Positions 9,164-20,535 of a DNA stretch of 64,000 bases are shown piece after piece. A model generated the notes under the pieces. It was not told where the DNA came from. It saw only the letters and a program-made list of their open reading frames with translations, and made no database searches. Source of the stretch: an uncultured Alphaproteobacteria bacterium (lineage in GTDB: Bacteria > Pseudomonadota > Alphaproteobacteria > ATCC43930 > CGMCC-115725); assembly GCA_963740675.1 (NCBI GenBank), contig CAVUFS010000009.1:43380-107379 (forward strand), in the 5' to 3' direction. Numbering within the stretch: position 1 is the first letter of the stretch; the number at the start of each line of letters is the position of its first letter. Position numbers and translations under genes: made by a program.

Positions 9164-9730
9164 TTATCGCGCCGAGAAAGCCAAGCCGCCCTGGCACATC
9201 GCCGTCTCGGCATTGACCGCGATATTGCAATCGCCGCCATTGGTGCCGAGCGAATGCGCGACGCAATTCGTCACCGTGTACTGACCGTCGGAAGCACCGC
9301 GCGTGTTAAGGCTCATATCGATCGTGCCACGGCATTGCGGCCCGGCGCCCTGCCCGATCGAATATTCGAACCGCACCGGCACGGTGCTGCCGGGAGCCGT
9401 CGGCGCCGGCGGCGGTGTGACCCGCATATCGAGCTGCGCCTCTTGTTTCGGCATGAGTTGGAATGGCACGACGCCGGTGCCAGCGATGGTTTGCGGCACG
9501 GGGCTGTTATTGACGACTTTGACATTAGCCCGGGCGACGAAGCCTTCATTCGCCGGCGCCAAAGCCTGGGTTTGCGGCGGCGCTGGCGGCGGTGCTGTCG
9601 GCGGCGGGGGCGGCACCAGCGTCTGCATAGGCTGCTGCTGCACCTGGATTTGCGATTGCGCAAACGCGGTGAAGGACACGCCGGTCAGCAGAACACCGGC
9701 GGCAATAGCGACCAAGCCCCGTCGACCCAT
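9164..9730 (-). CDS. Hypothetical secreted protein with Pro-rich linker
   Basis: MGRRGLVAIAAGVLLTGVSFTAFAQS signal peptide, PPPPPTAPPPAPP tract and Cys-containing C-terminal domain. GAGAGG lies 6 nt before the ATG at 9730. Confidence 0.6.
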   Translation of the reverse strand: MGRRGLVAIAAGVLLTGVSFTAFAQSQIQVQQQPMQTLVPPPPPTAPPPAPPQTQALAPANEGFVARANVKVVNNSPVPQTIAGTGVVPFQLMPKQEAQLDMRVTPPPAPTAPGSTVPVRFEYSIGQGAGPQCRGTIDMSLNTRGASDGQYTVTNCVAHSLGTNGGDCNIAVNAETAMCQGGLAFSAR

Positions 9731-9808
9731 GACGCACCTCTCAGGCAAAATGTGGAATCCGGCCCGATAACACGGTGGAGTGCGGCGTGGTTCCGCTAGA
9801 GAGCGGGG

Positions 9809-10753
9809 CTACCGCAAGCTTGGCATGATGCGCTTGGCGTTCTCGCTTTCGATCAGCCGGATATCGGCCGCGCTCAAGCCAAGCGTCGCTAAATCGGTCA
9901 CCGTCGTCTCAGCCTTCACATAGGGCACGTCGGTGCCGAAGAGGAGTTGAGCTGCGGTCGTCAGCTTCATCAGTGCCGCCATGCCCGGCGGGTTAGTCGC
10001 CGAGACAATATCGAAATAGAGCTTACGGAATTCGGCGATCGCGCCGTCGGGCATGCGCGCGGCGAGATCCTTGCGCTGCTTTACGAGATTGGAGACGCGA
10101 TGCGCCAGCATCGGGATCGTGCCGCCGCCATGCGCGAAGATCAGCTTCACATCGGGGCAACGCTGCACCGTGCCGCCGAAGACGAGGCTCATGATCGCAC
10201 GCGTCGTATCGAACGGATATTCGATCAGCGGCGGATTGAGATCGGGCAGCAGATTGGTGCAGCAGCCAGGCACGGTCGGATGGAAGAAGACCGTCGCCTT
10301 GCGCCGGTTGAGCTCGTCGAAGACCGGCGCGAAAGCCGGATCGCCCGGCCATTGCGTTTCATAGCTTGTCTGCATCTTGAAGCCGTCGCATTTCAGCACA
10401 TCGGCGGCGTATTCGATTTCTTTCAGACACAGATCGACATGCGGTAGCGGCAGCAGCGCGAACATGCCGAAGCGCTTCGGATGATCCTGCTTCAGCCGCG
10501 CCGCGAACTCGTTGCAATCGCGCGCCAGGCCATGCGCGCGGTCGGGCTCGTTCGGCCGCACGATCACCGTCGAGATCGAGGTGATGGTGGTGGCGATGCC
10601 GTTGCGATCCATCGCTTCCAGCGACATCGCCGGCGTCCATTGCGCGACGATGTTGAAATCCATCGCACGGCCGGCCATGCGTTCGGCCTCTTCGTCGAGC
10701 CAGCGCTTCGGCAGGATGTGATGATGAACGTCGATGCGATGCGGCTCGGCCAT
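9809..10753 (-). CDS. Amidohydrolase_2 (ACMSD-like) family metal-dependent hydrolase/decarboxylase
   Basis: N-terminal HRIDVHHHILP metal motif, and FAHGGG later. GGGAG SD before the ATG at 10753. Confidence 0.8.
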   Translation of the reverse strand: MAEPHRIDVHHHILPKRWLDEEAERMAGRAMDFNIVAQWTPAMSLEAMDRNGIATTITSISTVIVRPNEPDRAHGLARDCNEFAARLKQDHPKRFGMFALLPLPHVDLCLKEIEYAADVLKCDGFKMQTSYETQWPGDPAFAPVFDELNRRKATVFFHPTVPGCCTNLLPDLNPPLIEYPFDTTRAIMSLVFGGTVQRCPDVKLIFAHGGGTIPMLAHRVSNLVKQRKDLAARMPDGAIAEFRKLYFDIVSATNPPGMAALMKLTTAAQLLFGTDVPYVKAETTVTDLATLGLSAADIRLIESENAKRIMPSLR

Positions 10754-10866
10754 GTTCGCTCCCTTTAAATCTTGAGTCTTGCCCGCATCTTCATGCGCCC
10801 CGGCTTGCCCGGCAAGAGCGTTTTCGGCATCCTCGGGCACAGAGAACAGAATACGGGGGAAGCGAG

Positions 10867-11304
10867 ATGGCGAAGATTCCGGCGAGCCTGCACGAGCATA
10901 TCGACACCGCCTTTCCGGCGAATGTGATCCTGGTCGCCTCGGTCCTGCCGAACGGCTATGCGCAGGTCACACCGCGCGGCAGCGCGCAGGTCTATGACGA
11001 CGAGCATATCTCGCTCTGGGAGCGCGGCCGCGGCTCGACCAATGCCGCGATCAGCGACGGCACCAAGCTGACCTTCTTCCTCCGCAGCCCGAAACTCCGC
11101 GAAAGCGGTGCGCTGCCGAATGGCGGCGTGGCGCGCTTCTACGGCACGGCCACGGTCCATAAATCCGGCCCGACCTACGACAAGATTTGGGAACGTTTGA
11201 TCCAGCCGGAGAAGGACCGCGACCCCGAGAAGAAAGGCTTTGCCGTGCTGGTGAAAATCGAGCGCGCCGAGGACCTTACCGGCAAGCCACTCACCCTGTC
11301 CTAA
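10867..11304 (+). CDS. Pyridoxamine 5'-phosphate oxidase-like split-barrel flavoprotein
   Basis: 145 aa with the pattern VILVASVLPNGYAQVTPRGS…HISLWERG typical of PNPOx/FDOR-type proteins. GGGGGAAG SD. The antisense 187-aa ORF is judged a shadow. Confidence 0.65.
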   Translation: MAKIPASLHEHIDTAFPANVILVASVLPNGYAQVTPRGSAQVYDDEHISLWERGRGSTNAAISDGTKLTFFLRSPKLRESGALPNGGVARFYGTATVHKSGPTYDKIWERLIQPEKDRDPEKKGFAVLVKIERAEDLTGKPLTLS

Positions 11305-11373
11305 GCTTGCCCACTGCGCGCGGCCCAATTAAATTCCGTATCACTGAATATTATATGTGAGGAAGCGTCGTCC

Positions 11374-12414
11374 ATGGAATTTGGCATCTTTTCGAATGCG
11401 CGGCGGCCGCACCGGTCTTTGAGCGACGCCTGGGACCGCGATATCGACGAAATCGTCGCCTGCGATCAGCTTGGCTTCAACGTTGCCTGGATCAGCGAGC
11501 ATCAATCGCCGGCCGAGCTCATCATCTGCAAGACGGCGGGCCGGACCAGCCGGATCCGCCTCGGCTCCGCGGTGCGGCCGATCGCCTATTACCACCCGCT
11601 GCAAATCGTGATCGAGGCCAATGCCTGCGATCAGCTCACGCATGGGCGTTATCAGCTCGGCGTCGGCTTCGGTTTCTATCGGACGCAGATGGAGCAGCGC
11701 GGTCTCGATTTCGACAAGACGCGCGAGATGATGCACACCTCGATCGAGCTGATCCTCAAGCTGTGGAACAGCAAGGAGCCGGTCGATCACGACGGCCCAT
11801 TCTGGATCGGCAAGGCCATGGTGGCAAAGCCCGATGCGGTGCAGAAGCCACATCCGCCGATCGGCATCGCGCTGAGCCGCTCGCCGTCTTCGGCCGAGAT
11901 GGCAGGCAAATACGGCCTGCTACCGCTGACCGGCGATTTCATTCCCGTGCCGCGCCTCAAGATGCTGGGCGACACGTTCGTTGCCGCGCAGCGTGCCGCC
12001 GGCCGGCCGCAGCGCCGCGCCGACCTCCACGCGACACGCGTCATCTATGTCGGCGAGACCGATGCGAGCGCACGCAAGGACATGCGCGAAATCTACGAAG
12101 AGACGATCCGCTGGGAGGTCAAGAACACGCCGCATCACCAGATGGAGCGCGTTCCGCCCGGCGGCAAGCTCGAAGAGCTTACCTATGATTATCTTGTCGA
12201 TAGCGGCAATCTCTTCATCGGCAGCCCCGACACCGTCACCAAGCGCATCCTCGATTTCTACGAGGCGAGCGGCGGCTTCGGCACGCTGATGTTCCATGGC
12301 GGCCGCGATTACGCGACGCCCGAGAAGCTCACGCGTTCGATGAAGCTGTTCATGGACGAGGTCGCGCCGCGCATCCGGCAGCTCGACCCCGACAAGGAAG
12401 CGAAGGCGGCGTAG
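11374..12414 (+). CDS. LLM-class flavin-dependent oxidoreductase
   Basis: MEFGIF…GFNVAWISEHQ…and the overall luciferase-like layout, 346 aa. Confidence 0.75.
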   Translation: MEFGIFSNARRPHRSLSDAWDRDIDEIVACDQLGFNVAWISEHQSPAELIICKTAGRTSRIRLGSAVRPIAYYHPLQIVIEANACDQLTHGRYQLGVGFGFYRTQMEQRGLDFDKTREMMHTSIELILKLWNSKEPVDHDGPFWIGKAMVAKPDAVQKPHPPIGIALSRSPSSAEMAGKYGLLPLTGDFIPVPRLKMLGDTFVAAQRAAGRPQRRADLHATRVIYVGETDASARKDMREIYEETIRWEVKNTPHHQMERVPPGGKLEELTYDYLVDSGNLFIGSPDTVTKRILDFYEASGGFGTLMFHGGRDYATPEKLTRSMKLFMDEVAPRIRQLDPDKEAKAA

Positions 12415-12542
12415 CCCGGACGGCTGGCGCCGCACGGGCGGCGCTGGCGATCCCCTCTTCTTCGGCCTCACGCCCATCTCGGCTTCCGCGCTATAATCGG
12501 CGGCAGAGCGGCCGAAGCCGCCATTAAAGCTGGGGGGATGCC

Positions 12543-14042
12543 ATGACGGTCGATCGACGCGATTTCCTGCGCTTATCCGCATTGAGCAGCGCCGCTGCTG
12601 CCACCGGCATCGCGGCGGCACCGCGTTCTGCCGAAGCCGCCACCGCGCCAACACGGCCGCGCATCCTCATCCGTGGCGGCTATATCCTGACGATGGACGC
12701 CGCGCTCGGCGATCTGCGCGGCGACGTACTGATCGACAATGGCAAGATCGCCGCGGTCGGCAAGAATCTCAAAGCGAGCGATGCCGCGACCGTCGATGCG
12801 AGCGATGCGCTCGTCATCCCCGGCTTCATCGACAGCCATCGCCATACCTGGCAATCGCAAATACGCCAGCTCGCCGCCGATTGGACCTTGCTGCGCTATC
12901 TCCAGGACATCTTCGGCAAGTTCGGCATGAACTACCGGCCGGAGGATGTTTATGCCGGCGTGCTGCTCGGCCGCCTCACCGCGCTCAATGGCGGCATCAC
13001 GACGATGCTCGATTGGTCGCATATCATGAACTCGCCGCTTCATGCCGATGCCAATGTACAGGCGCTGCACGATGCCGGGGGACGCTCGGTCTTCGCCATG
13101 GGCTGGCCGCAAGTGCCAAATCCCGTGCTTTGGCTGCAGAAGAGCACGCGCGATCTGCCCGACGATATCCGCCGCGTCCGCAAGCAGCATTTCGCCAGCA
13201 ATAGCGGACTCGTCACGATGCAGATGGCTGGGCGCGGCCCGAGCTTCGCCGTGATGGATCAGGTGGCGAAGGACCTCGCGACGGCACGCGATCTCGGCCT
13301 GCACACGACGCTGCATGTCGGCGGCAACGGACCCATCGTCGAGATGTCGAAGGCGAAACTGCTCGGCCCCGACATCACCTGGGTACATCTCTTGACCGCG
13401 ACCGATGAAGAGATCACCGCGCTGAAAGATGCCGGCTGCACGACTTCGGTCTCGCCCGGCGGGGAGGAATGGCACACGCCGTGGCGCGGCCCGACGCCGG
13501 CGACGATCCGCCTCTTGAGCCACGGCATCACGCCGAGCCTCAGCCCCGACACCGAAACCTTCGGTCCCGGCGACATGTTCGCGGTGATGAAGGCAACGCT
13601 CGGCGCGGCGCGCTACGCCGCCGCCAATCCGCAAGACCCGAATGCGCAGCCGCCCGGCCCGCCGCAGCAATTCAACGGCGCGAACCAGATTCCCATCCGC
13701 AAGATCCTGGAGATGGCGACGGTTGCCGGTGCCGCGCCGGTCGAACTCGACGGCAAGGCCGGCACCCTGACGCCCGGCAAGCTCGCCGATGTCGTCATGC
13801 TGCGCATGAGCAGCCTCAATTATTTCCCGGTCAACGATCCGGCGGCATCGATCGTGATGTCCGCGGATACGAGCTGCGTTGACGCTGTTTTCGTTAACGG
13901 TAAGGCAGTGAAGTTCAACGGCAAGCTCGTCGATCAAGCGTTGGAGAAACGCGCGCGGCGGTTGGCGCTCGAATCGCGCAACTGGCTCTACGCCAAAGCC
14001 GGCATGAATCCGCCCGAAGGGCTGCAGAACGAGAAGATATAG
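12543..14042 (+). CDS. Tat-exported amidohydrolase (cytosine deaminase/chlorohydrolase-like)
   Basis: Twin-arginine signal DRRDFLRLSALSSAAAATGIAAAPRSAEA and metal motif GFIDSHRHTW. GGGGGG SD. Confidence 0.8.
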   Translation: MTVDRRDFLRLSALSSAAAATGIAAAPRSAEAATAPTRPRILIRGGYILTMDAALGDLRGDVLIDNGKIAAVGKNLKASDAATVDASDALVIPGFIDSHRHTWQSQIRQLAADWTLLRYLQDIFGKFGMNYRPEDVYAGVLLGRLTALNGGITTMLDWSHIMNSPLHADANVQALHDAGGRSVFAMGWPQVPNPVLWLQKSTRDLPDDIRRVRKQHFASNSGLVTMQMAGRGPSFAVMDQVAKDLATARDLGLHTTLHVGGNGPIVEMSKAKLLGPDITWVHLLTATDEEITALKDAGCTTSVSPGGEEWHTPWRGPTPATIRLLSHGITPSLSPDTETFGPGDMFAVMKATLGAARYAAANPQDPNAQPPGPPQQFNGANQIPIRKILEMATVAGAAPVELDGKAGTLTPGKLADVVMLRMSSLNYFPVNDPAASIVMSADTSCVDAVFVNGKAVKFNGKLVDQALEKRARRLALESRNWLYAKAGMNPPEGLQNEKI

Positions 14043-14356
14043 TGATAGGCCACGAAGCAGGGTTGGTGTGGCGGCGGCTGGTGCGGCCGTAGTAAACGGC
14101 TGAAAGCCGCGCTTTCGGCATCCTTTCCTTGACTTAGGGTGCAGCCGCTGCCATGTTCCCTGCACTATCTTCACTCGCGATTGCGCGAGACGCGTCGAAT
14201 GTGAGCATCACATTCCTTAATAAGACGCAACTCATTTCGAGCTGATCCGCAGATAGACAATAAGGCACCCCGTCGCGCACGGGACAGGCCCTCACCGCAA
14301 ACGGCCCTTCGGCCGCGTGCCTCGGATTCGTTTGCTCGCTTAAAGAAAGCTTATCA

Positions 14357-16123
<1,767 letters not shown>

Positions 16124-16144
16124 TCAACCTAGGATTTGATCGAT

Positions 16145-16180
16145 AAAACGGCGCGGAGCAATCCGCGCCGTTTTCGTTTT
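16145..16180 (+). terminator. Rho-independent terminator of the helicase gene
   Basis: Perfect 13-bp stem aaaacggcgcgga/tccgcgccgtttt, loop gcaa, followed by tcgtttt. Confidence 0.8.
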
Positions 16181-16269
16181 CGGCCGCGCTTGCGCGCAAT
16201 CGATCCGCCGTCACAATGGCATCGCTGAACTCACGGCGATGACGCCGACGAAATTTTAGGGAGGATCGA

Positions 16270-17619
16270 TTGAAGCATTGGCTTGCTCTTTGTCTACTTT
16301 CGCTCGCCACGCCGGCTTTCGCGCAGCAAGCTGCGCCCTTGCCGCCGGCAGCACCAAGTGCACCACCAGCGCCGCAAGCGGCGCCACAAACCACCGCGCC
16401 GGCTCAACCGCCGACGATGCAGCATCCACCCGAGATCGCTTTCAATTCCGTTCCTGATTTCCTGAAGCTGCCGGTGAATATGTATCTCGGCGAAGGATCG
16501 GCGGTGACGGTCAATTCCAAAGGCCACATCTTCGTCTTCTCGCGTGGCGGATCGGCCGTTGGACCGGCCTTTGCCGAGACCGCGGCGCAGCTCCTCGAGT
16601 TCGGCCCCGACGGCAAATTCATCCGCGAGATCGGCAAGAATCTTTATGCCTGGTCCTTCGCGCATGGCATCAAGGCCGATCGCCACGACAATATCTGGGC
16701 CGTCGATAAAGGCTCGAACATGATCGTGAAGTTCCGCCCGAACGGGCTCGTCGACATGGTCTTCGGCCGCAAGATGGAAGCATCGGACGAGGACACCGGT
16801 CCGCTCAAGCATCCGAACCCGCCGCTGCCGGCGGTCGATAATCAATTCCGCCAGCCGACCGATGTCGCCTTCAATTCGAAGGACAACGCCTATATCAGCG
16901 ACGGCTATATCAATTCACGCGTCGCGAAGATCGACAAGGACGGATTCTGGGTGAAGTCGTGGGGCGATCGCGGCTCGGGCCCCGGCCAGTTCAGCACGGC
17001 GCATGGCATCGGCGTCGACGCGCAAGACAATGTCTATGTCGCCGATCGCAGCAATCGCCGCATTCAGGTCTTCGACAGCAACGGTACCTTCCTGCGCCAG
17101 ATGACCATCGACGTGCCGGTGCCGCCCGATGCTTACGAGATCATCGGCAACAAGCCCGCCGATTCGATGGCGCCGAACACGCCGCCGTTGTTGAAGCCGG
17201 GCGCACCCTGGGTGATCTGCATCTCGCCGCCGCCGCATCAATATCTCTTCACCGCCGACGCTTTCCCCGGCCGCGTCTATAAGATGACGCTCGACGGCAA
17301 GATCGTCGGCATGCTCGGCAAGGCCGGCAAGCAGCTCAAGCAATTCGGCTGGATCCACGGCATGGCCTGCCCGAACGAGAACACGCTCTTCGTCGCCGAA
17401 GTGCTGAATTGGCGCGTGCAGAAGCTGATCCTCCATCCCGGCAAGCAGGCGAGCCTCGACACGACCCCAGGCGGGCTGGCGATCGACGAAGCCTCGCTCG
17501 CCGAGGAACAAGCCGAGGGCAATCTCGCCGCGCTCGACGACAATACGCGACGCGATTATCTGCGCGCCGCGACGCTGCGGCTGAAAGAGCAAACGGCGGC
17601 ATTAGAAGCGGTGAGGTAA
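16270..17619 (+). CDS. Secreted NHL-repeat six-bladed beta-propeller protein
   Basis: Signal peptide MKHWLALCLLSLATPAFAQQ. Repeated motifs include FRQPTDVAFNSKDNAYISD and FSTAHGIGVDAQDNVYVADRSNRRIQVF. GGGAGGA SD before the TTG start. Confidence 0.8.
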   Translation: MKHWLALCLLSLATPAFAQQAAPLPPAAPSAPPAPQAAPQTTAPAQPPTMQHPPEIAFNSVPDFLKLPVNMYLGEGSAVTVNSKGHIFVFSRGGSAVGPAFAETAAQLLEFGPDGKFIREIGKNLYAWSFAHGIKADRHDNIWAVDKGSNMIVKFRPNGLVDMVFGRKMEASDEDTGPLKHPNPPLPAVDNQFRQPTDVAFNSKDNAYISDGYINSRVAKIDKDGFWVKSWGDRGSGPGQFSTAHGIGVDAQDNVYVADRSNRRIQVFDSNGTFLRQMTIDVPVPPDAYEIIGNKPADSMAPNTPPLLKPGAPWVICISPPPHQYLFTADAFPGRVYKMTLDGKIVGMLGKAGKQLKQFGWIHGMACPNENTLFVAEVLNWRVQKLILHPGKQASLDTTPGGLAIDEASLAEEQAEGNLAALDDNTRRDYLRAATLRLKEQTAALEAVR

Positions 17620-17629
17620 TCGCCCTTCA

Positions 17630-17715
17630 CCGTCATTGCGAGCAAAGCGAAGCAATCCAGTTGTTGATCCAGACTGGATTGCTTCGTCGGGCTCCGCCCT
17701 CCTCGCAATGACGAA
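17630..17715. repeat. Palindromic REP/MITE-like intergenic element
   Basis: Nested inverted repeats GTCATTGCGAG…CTCGCAATGAC and GAAGCAATCCAG…CTGGATTGCTTC sit between convergent genes. They match the 'cattgcgagcgaagcgaagcaatccag' repeat class seen in Bradyrhizobiaceae-type genomes. Confidence 0.75.
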
Positions 17716-17719
17716 GTGT

Positions 17720-18835
17720 TTAGCCCCAAACCTCTTTTGCGACCTCGGCAATGAGGCGGAGCTTGGCAAATTGCTCCGCCTCGCTGAGGTCGTTGCCGTC
17801 CAGTGTCGACGAGAAACCGCATTGCGGCGAGAGAGCCAGTTGCTCCAGCGGCGCATATTTCGCCGCCTCGTCAAGACGGCGCTTGATCTGATCCTTTGAC
17901 TCGAGCGCCCGCTGCTTGCTGGAGACGAGACCCAGCACGGCGATCTTGCCTTTCGGCAGGAAGCGCAGCGGCGCAAAATCGCCCGAGCGCTCGTCGTCAT
18001 ATTCGAGGAAGAAGCCGTCGACATCGAGCCGGTTGAACAGCGCGTCGGCGATGAAATCGTAGCCGCCCGACGCGAACCAGGCGGAGCGATGATTGCCCCG
18101 GCAGGTATGCGTGACGATTGTCATACCCGCAGGCCGCGCCTTTACCGCTTCATTGAAGACGCGGATATAAGTCTCGTGGATATGCTCGCCATCGGCACCG
18201 GCCTTGGTGAGGCCTTCACGCTGCGCCGGATCGCAGAGCGTCGCGAAGCTGGTGTCGTCGAGCTGGAGATAGGTGCAACCGAGCGCGCCCAATTGCGCGA
18301 CCTCTTGCGCATAGACCGCGGTGAGATCGCGCCAGAAGGAATCGATGTCGCGATAGAGCGCGGCATCACCGAGCGCCGCGATCGCACGGCGATGCAGCAC
18401 GCTGGGCGACGGTATCGTGAGCTTCGGTGTCGCCTTCGCGATCGATTTGAGGAACGCGAAATCAGCGGCGAAGATCGTCTGCGGCAGGGTGAGCCTTGCC
18501 TCGATCTGCAGCGAGGGCACCACATAGTCGATCTCGCCCGATTGCGTCTTGAATTTGATCGGGGGCGCCGAGCCGCGCGCGACCAAGCCGCCGATCTGCC
18601 GATAGAAATCCATATGCCAGGAATCGCGACGGAACTCGCCATCGCTCACGGCTTGAAGCCCGACCTCTTCCTGCTGGCGCACCAGCTTGCGGATCGCCTC
18701 GTCTTCGATGGCGCGAAGCTGCGCGGCATCGATCTTCCCAGCGGCACGATCGAGCCGCGCCTGTTTGAGCGCGGCCGGCCGGAGCAGGCTGCCCACATGC
18801 TCGGCGCGGAACGGCGGTTTGGTGCGCGCGGTCAT
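17720..18835 (-). CDS. Cobalamin-independent methionine synthase (MetE C-terminal domain)-like protein
   Basis: N-terminus FRAEHVGSLLRP, and about 370 aa typical of single-domain MetE-like proteins. GGGAGG SD before the ATG at 18835. Confidence 0.75.
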   Translation of the reverse strand: MTARTKPPFRAEHVGSLLRPAALKQARLDRAAGKIDAAQLRAIEDEAIRKLVRQQEEVGLQAVSDGEFRRDSWHMDFYRQIGGLVARGSAPPIKFKTQSGEIDYVVPSLQIEARLTLPQTIFAADFAFLKSIAKATPKLTIPSPSVLHRRAIAALGDAALYRDIDSFWRDLTAVYAQEVAQLGALGCTYLQLDDTSFATLCDPAQREGLTKAGADGEHIHETYIRVFNEAVKARPAGMTIVTHTCRGNHRSAWFASGGYDFIADALFNRLDVDGFFLEYDDERSGDFAPLRFLPKGKIAVLGLVSSKQRALESKDQIKRRLDEAAKYAPLEQLALSPQCGFSSTLDGNDLSEAEQFAKLRLIAEVAKEVWG

Positions 18836-18934
18836 GTTTCCTCCCATCGTTTGCAATGAGCCTAAACCCCTGTTGCGCTTGACGTAAAGCCGTATCCCCG
18901 TAGGCTGCGCCGCAAACAAAGGGACGCTGCATTC

Positions 18935-20494
18935 ATGGACTCATCGAACGTGCCGTCGTCGCGCGCCAATGACCGCGACCGCTTCCGGCTGCGCCGGTTT
19001 CTCGAAGCGCTGGTCGAGGCAGGTCTTTGCGAGGTACGCGAGAAGCCGATCGACCTTGCCGATCTCGCCGCCGAGTTCGAGAACGACAACGCGATCTGGT
19101 TCAAAGCCGCGGGGCCGGAGAAGGCCGAGCTGGTGGGCAATGTCGTGGGCAGCCGTGCGCGCATGGCGCTGGCCTTCGGCGTCAAGCCGACCGAGCTCAT
19201 GGCCGAGGTGGTGAAGCGCCTCAAGAACAAGCCCGAGCTGATCGAGATCGCACGCGCCGATGCGCCGGTGCAGGAAGTCGTGCTGACCGGCGATCAAGTC
19301 GATCTGACTGCCCTGCCCGTGCATCTGGCGCATGGCCTCGACGGCGCGCCTTATATCTCGGCCTCGGTCGATTATGTGCGCGACAGCAAGACCGGCATGA
19401 CCAATGTCGGCGTCCGCCGACTGATGCTGCGCGGCAAGGACGAGACCGGCGTCGATCTCGTCAGCCCATCCGACCTGCGCGCGATTTATGAAGCGCATGC
19501 GGCGCGTGGCGAGAATCTGCCGGTCGCGTTCACCGTCGGCTCGCATCCCATCGACATGGTGGCGGCAACGATGCGCGTGCCGGTCGACGAGCTGGGCCTC
19601 GTCGCGTCGCTGCGCGGCGCGCCGCTCGAAGTGGTGAAATGCATCACCAGCGACATCCGCATACCGGCCGATGCCGAATATGTCATCGAAGGCTATTTCA
19701 ATTCGCGCGGCCATGTCGAAAGCGAAGGGCCTTTTGGAGAATTTCTGGGTTACTACGGCGGCGTGAAGCAGAATCCGGTGTTCCACTGCACCGCGATCAC
19801 GCATCGCAAGGACGCGGTGTTCCAGACCGCGTCGATCGGCGGCTATCGCAACGATCGCACCGACACGGCGCTGCTGAACGCGCTGCGCACCGAAGCGACG
19901 GTGTGGCAGGCGCTGCAGACCGCGGTGCGCGAGCCGCTCAATGTCTATGCGACGCCGTCATCAGGCGGCATGTTCAACACGCGCATTTCGCTGCGCCAGC
20001 GCGTGCCGGGCGAGGCGCGCAACGCGATCCTCGCCGCGTTCAGCTCGCTCGCCAATATCAAGAACGTGTTCGTCGTCGATCCCGATATCGACATCTTCTC
20101 GGACTCGCAGATGGATTGGGCGCTGGCGACACGGTTCCAGCCGGATCGCGATCTAATCGTCGAAGGCGGGCTGCGCACCCTGCCGCTCGATCCGTCGATC
20201 AATCACGGCACGCGCACCGGCGCCAAGGCCGGCTTCGATCTCACCTGGCCCTTCGGCACCGGCAACGCCCTCGAGAAGAGCGTGCCGGACGTGCCGAAAT
20301 TCCAGGGCAAGAAATTCGCCTCGATCGACGCGGCCCTCACCGACGGCCCCAAATATTTCGAGGAGCTGATGACCGCGCTCGGCAGCCGCGACGGCCGCGA
20401 GGTGGTGCGCGATCTCGACGTCATCCGCAAAGCCGGGAAGCTGACCCGCGACGAACGCGGAAGGTGGGCCTTGCACCAGGCCAAGCCGGCGTGA
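18935..20494 (+). CDS. UbiD-family (prFMN-dependent) decarboxylase
   Basis: 519 aa with UbiD-like layout (…RFRLRRFLEAL…, GPFGEFLGYYG motif). Confidence 0.8.
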   Translation: MDSSNVPSSRANDRDRFRLRRFLEALVEAGLCEVREKPIDLADLAAEFENDNAIWFKAAGPEKAELVGNVVGSRARMALAFGVKPTELMAEVVKRLKNKPELIEIARADAPVQEVVLTGDQVDLTALPVHLAHGLDGAPYISASVDYVRDSKTGMTNVGVRRLMLRGKDETGVDLVSPSDLRAIYEAHAARGENLPVAFTVGSHPIDMVAATMRVPVDELGLVASLRGAPLEVVKCITSDIRIPADAEYVIEGYFNSRGHVESEGPFGEFLGYYGGVKQNPVFHCTAITHRKDAVFQTASIGGYRNDRTDTALLNALRTEATVWQALQTAVREPLNVYATPSSGGMFNTRISLRQRVPGEARNAILAAFSSLANIKNVFVVDPDIDIFSDSQMDWALATRFQPDRDLIVEGGLRTLPLDPSINHGTRTGAKAGFDLTWPFGTGNALEKSVPDVPKFQGKKFASIDAALTDGPKYFEELMTALGSRDGREVVRDLDVIRKAGKLTRDERGRWALHQAKPA

Positions 20495-20535
20495 ATATTG
20501 CCCACTTAAGACGCCTAACGAGGAGACCCTAGGAA

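Noticed and set aside
12573-14174. 533-aa minus-strand ORF over the Tat-amidohydrolase gene
   Set aside because: Same shadow-ORF reasoning. The plus-strand product has the Tat signal and metal-binding motifs.
18836-18934. Cobalamin/SAM riboswitch upstream of the MetE-like genes, and TPP riboswitch upstream of the THI5-like ABC operon (57368-57477)
   Set aside because: The leaders are only about 46-110 nt, and I could not see B12-box or TPP (CUGAGA-type) core elements. A covariance-model scan would be needed to be certain.
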